The notes under the pieces were generated by a model. It was not told where the DNA came from. It did not search any database and saw only the letters and a program-made list of their open reading frames with translations. From positions 22,594 to 86,593 of the forward strand of contig SXID01000149.1 in the NCBI GenBank assembly GCA_005772955.1: a stretch of DNA of 64,000 bases, written 5' to 3'. Every line of letters starts with the position of its first letter. Within the stretch, counting starts at the first letter, position 1. Shown here one piece after another: positions 56,134 to 64,000 of this stretch. The DNA comes from Planctomycetia bacterium (GTDB taxonomy: Bacteria; Planctomycetota; Planctomycetia; Gemmatales; Gemmataceae). The position numbers were made by a program, and so were the translations under genes.

Positions 56134-57495
56134 GTGATCGAACGAACGCCAATTGCCCGCCGGGCCGTTCTCCGCGTCGGCGGTGCTGGTCTGCTCGGTA
56201 TGTCGTTCTCGCAACTCCTGGCGGCGGCGGAAACGCCGAAGGCCCGCCACAAGGCAACGGCAAAGGCGGTCATCTTCCTGCACCAGTGGGGCGGGCCGGG
56301 ACAACACGAAACGTTCGACCCCAAACCGGACGCGCCCGATAACGTTCGAGGCTGGTACAAGGCCACCAAGACGAAACTCCCCGGCATCATCTTCGGGGAA
56401 CGCATCCCGAAGATCGCGACGATAGCCGACAAGCTCACAATCGTGCGCTGCATGCAGCACACGATGAAGAACCACAACTCCGCCGGCTACTACTCCCTCA
56501 CTGGAGTTGCGCCCGCCACCGACGACCAGCGGCTTCGCGACTCGCTCGAACTCTTCCCGGCTTACGGCTCCATCGTCGATAAGCTCGCGCCAGCGCCGAA
56601 GGGCGCGGCCACGTTCGTCGCGTACCCACACGTCATCGCGGACGGCAGCATCACGCCCGGTCAACACGCGAGCTTCCTCGGCAAGTCTCACGCTCCGCTG
56701 TTCGTGAACCAGGATCCGAGCAAAGCCGACTTCAAGTTGCCGGAACTCACGCTCCCGGAGAACCTCAGCGTCGAGCGGTTGGAGAACCGCAAAGACATCC
56801 TGAAGTTGATCGACGAGCAATCCGATCTGCTCGAAACTTCACTCGTGGCGCAGGGGTTGGACGAGAGCTATCAGAAAGCGGTCGCGATGCTCACCAGCCC
56901 GCGATTCAAACAGGCCTTCGACCTCTCGAAAGAAACGAAGAAGACACGCGACGCCTACGGCCCCACCACTTACGGGCAGGGATGCTTGCTGGCGCGCCGC
57001 GTTGTGGAAGCCGGGGCGAAGTTCGTGAACGTGTACTTCGCGCGATCCATTGGCGGGAAGGGACAGGGATGGGACTACCACGGCTTCCGCGGCGAGGACG
57101 TGCCGGCCCGACTCGACGAGTTACTGCCCATGACCGACCAGACGTTACCGGCGCTGATCACCGATCTGGAAGACCGCGGAATGCTGGACGACACGCTGGT
57201 GGTGTGGGTGGGCGAGTTCGGGCGCACGCCGAAGATCAGTTCCAACGGCGGTCGCGACCACTGGCCGCAGTGCTACTGTGCTGTCCTCGCCGGAGGCGGG
57301 ACCAAGAAGGGGTTCGTGTACGGTTCGAGTGACAAGATCGGCGCGTACGCGACTGCCGGCCAGGCGCGCCCGGAAGACCTCGCCGCGACCATGTTCGAGG
57401 CACTGGGGATCGACCCGGAATCGGAGATCAAGGATAAGCTGAACCGGCCGCTACCGATCGCGCGTGGCAAGCCGATCAGGGAGTTGTTCGCGTGA
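56134..57495 (+). CDS. DUF1501 domain protein
   Basis: RR.VLRVG Tat-like leader, GGP...ETFDPKP, CLLARR.VE.G, WD.H, GEFGRTP, GRDHW. Confidence 0.95.
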   Translation: MIERTPIARRAVLRVGGAGLLGMSFSQLLAAAETPKARHKATAKAVIFLHQWGGPGQHETFDPKPDAPDNVRGWYKATKTKLPGIIFGERIPKIATIADKLTIVRCMQHTMKNHNSAGYYSLTGVAPATDDQRLRDSLELFPAYGSIVDKLAPAPKGAATFVAYPHVIADGSITPGQHASFLGKSHAPLFVNQDPSKADFKLPELTLPENLSVERLENRKDILKLIDEQSDLLETSLVAQGLDESYQKAVAMLTSPRFKQAFDLSKETKKTRDAYGPTTYGQGCLLARRVVEAGAKFVNVYFARSIGGKGQGWDYHGFRGEDVPARLDELLPMTDQTLPALITDLEDRGMLDDTLVVWVGEFGRTPKISSNGGRDHWPQCYCAVLAGGGTKKGFVYGSSDKIGAYATAGQARPEDLAATMFEALGIDPESEIKDKLNRPLPIARGKPIRELFA

Positions 57496-58019
57496 ACAGT
57501 CGCACACGTCGAGCGGTCACGCTGCCCCTTGCGCTGGTCGCCCTCTCTTTGGGCGGGTGCTACGCCGTCGAAGATACGCCGGACTGGGCCGTCATCCGGT
57601 TCAACGTCGCCTCGCGGCTCATCATGATTCTGATCCCGGTGGGCGGTCTCGCGACCGGTGCTGCGCTCGGTTACTTCCGCCGGACCCGCATTGCGGGGGC
57701 CATCGTCCTCTGCGGAACGGTTTTGCTCGGCGGACTTGTTCTCCCCGGCATGTACCTCGACACGGTCGCGATCACCCCGACCGAGATCACCCAGAAGACC
57801 GGGTTCTGGTTCGCGCCAACGGTCAAGGGATTCCGGTACGCGGACGTGCGGTCCGTTTCGATCCGGGAGGTGCCGGAGGGCGCCTCCACAATGCGCGTGT
57901 GGACCCTCCGCCTCAAGGACGGCGCCACTCGGGAACTCGATGTGGGCGACCTCTGGGAGTTCAACGAGGCGTTCGTCGTCCAGAAACTACGCGGGTATGG
58001 TGTCACGTTCGAGCCGTGA
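57492..58019 (+). CDS. Hypothetical membrane/lipoprotein
   Basis: GTGA overlap with the DUF1501 stop; SLGGC lipobox-like; two TM helices. Confidence 0.65.
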   Translation: MNSRTRRAVTLPLALVALSLGGCYAVEDTPDWAVIRFNVASRLIMILIPVGGLATGAALGYFRRTRIAGAIVLCGTVLLGGLVLPGMYLDTVAITPTEITQKTGFWFAPTVKGFRYADVRSVSIREVPEGASTMRVWTLRLKDGATRELDVGDLWEFNEAFVVQKLRGYGVTFEP

Positions 58020-58314
58020 CGCTCTGCTTGCGGTGATCACGCCGCCGTGCTGCTCGCCGTCAAACTCGGCGACTGTACTCTCGACGCGGCGATGGACGCC
58101 GAAGAGGAAAGTCGGCGGTTCTCACATCTAACGTTTGACACCGACTTGCGGTTCTGTCATCCTGCCTTTTGTTGCGGGCCTCACATTCAGCCCGCCGATA
58201 CTCGCTTAACGTGCCGCGTGGGTTGGCTGTTTTTCGCGTGGGTTCTACCATCTCCCCCAAGCGCGAAAGTCGGACATCACTCGCGCGGCGATTGTCATCT
58301 CAGGGTGCCCCGGA

Positions 58315-59565
58315 ATGCCCGAACCACCCCGTACCAGCGATGCCGTTCTCGCGCTCGTGCGTCGCGCCGAGATCGCGGATGACGACGCGCTCGCCGGGTT
58401 CCTCACCCAGTCCGGGACGCTACCGCCCACGGCGTCGGACACCGCGACCCGGCTCATCCAGGCCGGTATCCTCACGCCGTTCCAGGCGCGGCTCATTCTG
58501 CAAGGGAAGCACAAGGGGTTCAAACTCGGGCCGTACCGCATCCTGAACCAGATCGGGGCCGGTGGGATTGGCATCGTGTACCTCGCCGAACACGCCGCAC
58601 TGCGTCGGCGAGTCGCGCTCAAGGTGCTTCCCGTCAAGCAAGCCCGCGACCAGTCCAACGTGGACCGTTTCTACAAGGAAGCCCGCGCGGCCGCGACGCT
58701 CGACCACCCGAACATCGTCCACGCTTACGACGTGGCGTGCGACAAGGGCACACACTTCCTGGTGCTGGAGTACATCGACGGCGACACGCTCGACCGGTTG
58801 CTCGCGTCACGCGGCCGGTTGCCCGTGGGCGAGGCCGTGAGCTACGCGGTGCAGGTCGCGGCTGGTCTTCAACACGCGCACGGGAAGGGCGTCGCCCACC
58901 GCGACATCAAGCCCGCGAACCTGCTCGTCGGCCGCGACGGGATCGTGAAGGTTCTCGACCTCGGACTCGCGGAGTTCTTCGAGGACTCGGGTACGAGGCT
59001 CGAACGGCACAACGGCGGCGTGATGGGCACGACCGATTACGTTGCCCCGGAGCAACTCCGCGACTGTGCCGCCGCCGACCACCGGGCCGACATCTACAAC
59101 CTCGGCGCGACGCTCTACCACCTGCTCACCGGTCGGCCGCCGTTCATCGGCACCACTGCGGCGAAGATGATCGCGCACCAGTTGTCGGCTGTTCCGCTGG
59201 CGCACGACCACTGTGGAGACGTTCCCAAAGCGCTATCTCACGTCGTCGAGAAGATGCTGGCGAAGAACCCCGACGCTCGCTACCAGACAGCGGCCGAAGT
59301 GGTGCAAGTGCTGTTGCCGTTCGTGGACACGCCGGACCGCAACGGCCGCGCGTCTGGGAATCTGCCGCCACTCGCGGCCGTGCTCGTTCAAGAAAGCACC
59401 GGGGGGTTGGAGGTGGCCCCCGCTCTTGAAGACGCGATCACACTCGCCGACGCGCTCGCGCAGGCCCAACGGTGGAAGCGGCGCGCGATCGCGGGAATGG
59501 GTGCAGCAGCAGTGTTCGCGACCGCGACCGTCGCGCTGGCGTTCGTGGTTTGTTTCGGGAAGTAA
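58315..59565 (+). CDS. Hanks-type Ser/Thr protein kinase with C-terminal TM helix
   Basis: GAGGIG, VALK, HRDIKPAN, DLG, GTTDYVAPEQ. Confidence 0.95.
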   Translation: MPEPPRTSDAVLALVRRAEIADDDALAGFLTQSGTLPPTASDTATRLIQAGILTPFQARLILQGKHKGFKLGPYRILNQIGAGGIGIVYLAEHAALRRRVALKVLPVKQARDQSNVDRFYKEARAAATLDHPNIVHAYDVACDKGTHFLVLEYIDGDTLDRLLASRGRLPVGEAVSYAVQVAAGLQHAHGKGVAHRDIKPANLLVGRDGIVKVLDLGLAEFFEDSGTRLERHNGGVMGTTDYVAPEQLRDCAAADHRADIYNLGATLYHLLTGRPPFIGTTAAKMIAHQLSAVPLAHDHCGDVPKALSHVVEKMLAKNPDARYQTAAEVVQVLLPFVDTPDRNGRASGNLPPLAAVLVQESTGGLEVAPALEDAITLADALAQAQRWKRRAIAGMGAAAVFATATVALAFVVCFGK

Positions 59566-59712
59566 TGATTGCTCTTTGGTTCCACCCGCTTTGCAAGCGA
59601 AGCGGAGAAGGGGAGAAGTGGGGAGGGGCATGGGTACGCGTCCTGGTTTTCAGCCCTCGGAGCGGGCTGAAAACAGGACACGGCTTCACCTGTCTTCCGA
59701 TCTCTGCCTCGC

Positions 59713-60441
59713 TTACTTCACCAACTTCGCGATGTCTTCCTTGATCGCTTCGGCCCAAATCTTGTAACCGGCTTCGCTGAGGTGCAGCAGGTCGGGCATC
59801 ACCTTCTTTTCGAGGCCGCCGTCGGTGTTGAGGAACTTCGCGCCGATGTCCTTGTAGAACACTTTCTTGTCGTCTGCGAACTTCGAGATGATGTCGTTGA
59901 TGCCCTTGATCTTCGGGTTGAGCTTCTCCTTCGGGGCGACGGTGTCTTCTTTGCCGATGCCGCCGGCCCGCGGGAACACGCCGAGGAGCAGAATCTTCAT
60001 GTCGGGCTTCTGCTTCTGAAGTTCGGTGATGATGGCCTTGATGCCGCCGGCGACCTGCTCGGGCGTGTGCCCGTTATTCGTGCCGATCATGATGACCGCG
60101 AGTTTCGGCTTGAGCGGGTCGATCTCCTTGCCCTCGGTGATCCGCCAGATCACGTGCCCGGTCTGGTCGCCGCCGATGCCGAGGTTGACCGGCTTGAACG
60201 CGGCGAAGTTGTCGGCCCACACCTTCTTGCCCGCGCCTTCCCAGCCCTGCGTGATGGAGTCGCCGAGGAAAATCACGTCGCCTTCGCCCTTCTCCACGAC
60301 CTTGAGGAACTGCTTGTGCCGCGCAATGTCGCGATTGAGCGCCTTCGCGGCCGGGTTATCTTTCGGTTCTTGCGCGCCGAGGGGTGCGGCGATACACAGC
60401 GCCAGCACGAGGCCGGTGCCCACGAGACGACGGACGAGCAT
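59713..60441 (-). CDS. Secreted SGNH/GDSL hydrolase (PAF-acetylhydrolase IB-like)
   Basis: GDSITQGW, NLGIGGD.T, IGTNN, PD.LH. Confidence 0.92.
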   Translation of the reverse strand: MLVRRLVGTGLVLALCIAAPLGAQEPKDNPAAKALNRDIARHKQFLKVVEKGEGDVIFLGDSITQGWEGAGKKVWADNFAAFKPVNLGIGGDQTGHVIWRITEGKEIDPLKPKLAVIMIGTNNGHTPEQVAGGIKAIITELQKQKPDMKILLLGVFPRAGGIGKEDTVAPKEKLNPKIKGINDIISKFADDKKVFYKDIGAKFLNTDGGLEKKVMPDLLHLSEAGYKIWAEAIKEDIAKLVK

Positions 60442-60552
60442 TGCGGTTCTCCAGGTGGTGTTCAGGCGGGTGGTGGGAAGGTAATCTGAGTGCGAGGCGG
60501 GTTGAAGCCCGAACACGGGTAGTATCGCGGTTCGCGGTGCGCGCGGCAACAA

Positions 60553-61704
60553 CTATCCCGGTGCAAACCTCTCGGCCGTTTCCTCGATCTCCATTGCGTG
60601 AACCGAACGGCCGCGCGCGTCGGTCCAGCCGGGGAAGAAGTCGCCGAACGCGTTCACTTCGAGGATGTAATGCCGGCGGAACCCGCGCTCGAAGAGCAGG
60701 TCCACACCCGCGATGGCGGAGTCGAATTGCTCGGCGGTTTCGGCGCAGTGGTCGAGCGCGTCGAGCCATTCGCGTGTCGGGATCGCGGCGCGGCACCGAT
60801 CGTAGTCGCCACGCCGCCCGCCGAGGTGCAGATTCGTCATCGGGTGCGGGCTTAACCGGAAAATGATCGCCGCGGGCTTCCCGTAGATGCACACCACGCG
60901 GATGTCGAAGTTCTGGCCGTCCACTTGCGCGATCGGAATGCCCTGTTGGATGACGGCACCTTCGTTCAGGACGAACTGCACGGCCGCATCGAGGTCGGGA
61001 CCGGTGACACGCCGGACGAGGCGCGAGTTGTAGAACGCGCCATCGATAGCCGCCAACGTGGTGTCGCCGTATTGCCTCGCATCTGGCGCCTGGTGGAAAA
61101 CCACAATCCCGGTCGCGGACGAGCCGGTATTGAGTTTGACGTATGCAGTCGGCCAGTCGAACGCGCGAGCGAGGTCGTGAAGAATATCGAGCGTGTCGAC
61201 TTCCGACGGTAGCATCAACGGTACGGGCACACCGGCGGTGCCAATCTTTTCGGCGGTCGCGATCTTGTCGAACATCTCCGCGACCGCCAACGGACACGCG
61301 GTCGGCTTCAACTGCGGTCGCGAATCGAACGACGCACGCAGCCCGCGGAGCACGCGGTGGAAGCCGTGATACAGCAACCCCGGCCGCACGAGCAAACCCT
61401 TCGGTAACTCCAATGCACGCCAGTCGCGTGGAGCCTCCGAAGGGTCATCTCTCGCCCCGGCTTCGAGGAGCAAACGCGTGGCGTCGTCATTCTTGCCGGG
61501 CGATTCCATCCGCACGATCGCGGGCTTGTCGAACGCGCGTAGGTCGTCGAGGTTGCCGTCGCGCGCGATCACTTCGACCCACGGGACCACTTCCAGTTCG
61601 GGTGTGGTTCCGCGCGCAGCCCAGTACGCCCCCAACTCCGCGCGGTACATCTCGCACCGCTTCGTGCCCGGGTTCGCGATCAGCACGTAGCGGAGCGCGG
61701 TCAC
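60553..61704 (-). CDS. ATP-grasp protein, STM4014-like
   Basis: LIANPG.KR, KL..GSSA.G, FDIRVV, P.TNLHLGGRR, GVD, LEVNAFGD; GTGA overlap with the upstream stop. Confidence 0.8.
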   Translation of the reverse strand: MTALRYVLIANPGTKRCEMYRAELGAYWAARGTTPELEVVPWVEVIARDGNLDDLRAFDKPAIVRMESPGKNDDATRLLLEAGARDDPSEAPRDWRALELPKGLLVRPGLLYHGFHRVLRGLRASFDSRPQLKPTACPLAVAEMFDKIATAEKIGTAGVPVPLMLPSEVDTLDILHDLARAFDWPTAYVKLNTGSSATGIVVFHQAPDARQYGDTTLAAIDGAFYNSRLVRRVTGPDLDAAVQFVLNEGAVIQQGIPIAQVDGQNFDIRVVCIYGKPAAIIFRLSPHPMTNLHLGGRRGDYDRCRAAIPTREWLDALDHCAETAEQFDSAIAGVDLLFERGFRRHYILEVNAFGDFFPGWTDARGRSVHAMEIEETAERFAPG

Positions 61705-63125
61705 TCCGGGTCTCCGTGGGCGAGGTATTCCTGGTAGTCGTCCGGGTCGTAGGCGGTGTCCGTGTGCATGTGGTTTGCCGCGAGTGGAACGCCCGTCGCC
61801 TTGAGCGCGTCGATGCCCTCTTTCGTGAGTGCGTTGAAGGACACGTCGAGGAGCGTGAGGTTCTTCAGATCGGGCGACGCGGCCAGCGCCTTCGCGCCCT
61901 TGTCGCTCATGCACCCGTGGCGCAGGTCGAGTACCTTGAGTTGTTTCAGAATGCCCGATGACACGATCTCCTCCGCGCCCTTATCGCCGAAGTCGGTAAG
62001 CCTCAGACGCAGGTGCGTGAGCTTCTTCAGGTGCGGCGACCGGCACACGGCCTTCAGCCCCGCGAGCCGAATGTACGGCGGGTTGTCGTCTTCCAACCCG
62101 TGCGGGTGGCAGTGAAGGTGCGTGAGGTTCGTGAGCGACGTGTTGCTCGCCAGTTTGTCGAGCGGGTAACTCCACCCGTGGTACAACTCGAACACACGCA
62201 GGTTCGGCATCGGCAGGGCGACGAGTTTTTTCGCGTCGCGCACGTGGGCGAAGATGCGCAGTTCTTCGACGTCCGGCATCTGCTTCACGAAGTCGTAGAC
62301 GTGCTCGCCGGGCATGTGGCAACTGTGGCTGGCCCAGTCGCCGTAGTTCTCGTCCGCGGGCCAACCCCACCCGAACCGGCGGATGTACTTGAGTTGCTTC
62401 CAGCGCAGCAGCGGGTACTGGCCCTGGTACTCTTCCGCTTCAGCCGGGATGTCCGGACCGGCCGCCGGTTCCTCGTCCTCCTCATCGTCTGCGATCGCGC
62501 CGACGAACAGGTTCCGCACGAACTTCGCGTCGGTGGCCGCGACGATCGCGCGGGCGCGGACCACCGTGAGCGAGCCGACGTGGATGGTCGTCACCACGCC
62601 GCGCTGGAACTCATACGGCTTCCCGCCCGTGGAATCGACCTGGCCGTAGTCCGCTTCGGTCCCAGCCAGATCCCGCGCCCAGTTGGCGACCCACTCCTTC
62701 TCGTGCTTCTTGAGCAGCGCGGCTTCCTTCTTCTTGAGAACGTCGCGTTCCGCCTTTGGTCGCGATTCGTCTTCGAGCGCGATCTGCGTTTGCATGAACT
62801 CGCCGCGTGGGTCGCCTTGTTCCGCGAGGTAGTCCGCGAACGCGCACCACCCCGCAAGGTCGTGCGGGTTCGCGCGGAGCGCCGTCTCGAACGCTTCCGC
62901 GTCGCTCGCGGTCGCTTTGGGTGTCGTCTCGGTGTAACCCTTTTTGGTCTTCTCCTTGATGAGCTTGTCCGCTTCGGCCTGCGCCGCGGCGGGGCTGCCG
63001 AAGGTCTTCGTCTGGGCCTGACCCGCAGTGTTGATCTTCCCGTACGTCACGGTGAAGGCGTTCCCCTGCACGTCAATGTTCCAGAACTTGTGGCTCTTCG
63101 CGTCACTAAACTGAAACGTTCGCAT
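61701..63125 (-). CDS. WGR domain + TIGR02996 domain + LRR-like protein (STM4015-like)
   Basis: KFWNI...VTYGKI...GQ...K.F...A......LI.EK.KKGY (WGR); AL.ANP.D......ADYL.EQGDPRGEF (TIGR02996); L..L..LDL repeats. Confidence 0.85.
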   Translation of the reverse strand: MRTFQFSDAKSHKFWNIDVQGNAFTVTYGKINTAGQAQTKTFGSPAAAQAEADKLIKEKTKKGYTETTPKATASDAEAFETALRANPHDLAGWCAFADYLAEQGDPRGEFMQTQIALEDESRPKAERDVLKKKEAALLKKHEKEWVANWARDLAGTEADYGQVDSTGGKPYEFQRGVVTTIHVGSLTVVRARAIVAATDAKFVRNLFVGAIADDEEDEEPAAGPDIPAEAEEYQGQYPLLRWKQLKYIRRFGWGWPADENYGDWASHSCHMPGEHVYDFVKQMPDVEELRIFAHVRDAKKLVALPMPNLRVFELYHGWSYPLDKLASNTSLTNLTHLHCHPHGLEDDNPPYIRLAGLKAVCRSPHLKKLTHLRLRLTDFGDKGAEEIVSSGILKQLKVLDLRHGCMSDKGAKALAASPDLKNLTLLDVSFNALTKEGIDALKATGVPLAANHMHTDTAYDPDDYQEYLAHGDPE

Positions 63126-63161
63126 CGGGCAATTCTCCAATGGTAAGTGGTTCGGGTGATA

Positions 63162-63998
63162 TCACTCCCAGTCGCCTTCGCGTCCTTCGTCGTCCGGGTC
63201 GTATCGGCCGCGGTGGTTGCGCACGTTCGCTTCGTGAGCATCCAGTTCGCGCCGACTCGCCACAGTCTTCGCCACCGCGTTCACGCCGGCGCGTGTGAGC
63301 AGGTTCAAGCCCACGTGCGTGACCGCGTTGCGCGACAGGTCGAGCCGGCGCAGTTCCTTAGCGGCGGCACACGCGACGAACGCCCGCGCGCCGTGGTCGG
63401 TAATGGTGCCGTTTCGCAGGTCGAGCCGGCCGAGGCGATTCACGATGCCGGATTCGACGATCGCGGTGGCTCCGTCGTCGCCCATGTTCGAGAGCCGCAG
63501 TTGCAGGTGCGTGAGACTCTTCAGCCACGGCGAGTTGACCAGCGTGCGGACCTGCGCGAGCGGCAGGTAATTCCAGCCGGTCGAGTTCGGGTGAACGAAC
63601 AGATGCGTGAGGTTCGCCAGCACTGGGTTGCGCGCCAGCTCGCCGAGCGGGATCGGTGGGCCGTCACCCCCGTCGCCAAACCCGACGACCCGGAGCACCT
63701 GGAGGTTCGTGAGGCTGGACAATGCGAACAACGTGCCTGCGTCGTACCCCCGACACAACAACTGGAGTTCTTCGACGCGTGTCATCTCGGCGACGAGGTG
63801 TTCGAGGCCTGGTGCGCGCATGCGAACATCGGTCTGGGCATCGTCGGAGTCGCCGCCGGATTCGCCGACCTGAAACGATTGCAGCGTCGCGAGCCACGGG
63901 GCACCGATTAGCTCGAAGTACGGCTCGTGTGCCGTCGCACCGGGCGGGAGCGGTGCCTGCGGTGGCGTGTCCGTGACGAACGTCGAACGGGGCGTCTG
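63162..63998 (-). CDS. Paralogous LRR-like protein; 5' end outside the window
   Basis: The frame stays open from 63821 to the window edge; LTHLQLRLSNMGDDG, LDLR.G.ITD.GA, LDLSRNA match the downstream paralog. Confidence 0.85.
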   Translation of the reverse strand, partial: QTPRSTFVTDTPPQAPLPPGATAHEPYFELIGAPWLATLQSFQVGESGGDSDDAQTDVRMRAPGLEHLVAEMTRVEELQLLCRGYDAGTLFALSSLTNLQVLRVVGFGDGGDGPPIPLGELARNPVLANLTHLFVHPNSTGWNYLPLAQVRTLVNSPWLKSLTHLQLRLSNMGDDGATAIVESGIVNRLGRLDLRNGTITDHGARAFVACAAAKELRRLDLSRNAVTHVGLNLLTRAGVNAVAKTVASRRELDAHEANVRNHRGRYDPDDEGREGDWE

Positions 63999-64000
63999 CC

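Noticed and set aside
53788-57495. DUF1549/1553-DUF1501 pair as a novel system
   Set aside because: Functionally unknown but extremely common in planctomycetes, and nothing unusual about this copy.
58100-58125. RNase P RNA (GAGGAAAGTC)
   Set aside because: The motif does not continue as GTCCGGGC and the 3' P4 partner is absent.

Overview
High-GC planctomycete DNA, almost certainly Gemmataceae (Gemmata-like). This rests on DUF1501 and DUF1549/1553 genes, a TIGR02996 domain and the 'LRDIFGNPF...RGCWVVDL' paralog family. About 50 genes are supportable: a housekeeping block (lnt, ArnT-like GT, xseA-xseB-ispA-dxs, gatC-gatA, moeA), trpD, lexA, efp, aas, many secreted hydrolases, a serpin and a Ser/Thr kinase. 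Main highlights: (1) a purine/pyrimidine-skewed palindromic repeat family that is intergenic but also inserted in frame in four conserved proteins (Aas, IspA, ArnT-like, Lnt), adding Pro-rich...Gly-rich peptides; (2) a three-gene export-like operon with no ABC transporter (GAF-adaptor, adaptor with a WD40 propeller inside its beta-barrel, PqqD-like/M50 protease/adaptor fusion); (3) a WGR-TIGR02996-LRR plus ATP-grasp (STM4015/STM4014-like) module; (4) a 187-nt 6S-like structured RNA after efp; (5) a parS-like palindrome; (6) several further REP-like and heptamer-periodic inverted-repeat families. There is also an IS3 remnant and two frameshifted genes. No tRNA, rRNA or CRISPR array was seen. 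All family assignments come from reading motifs by eye, not from database searches.
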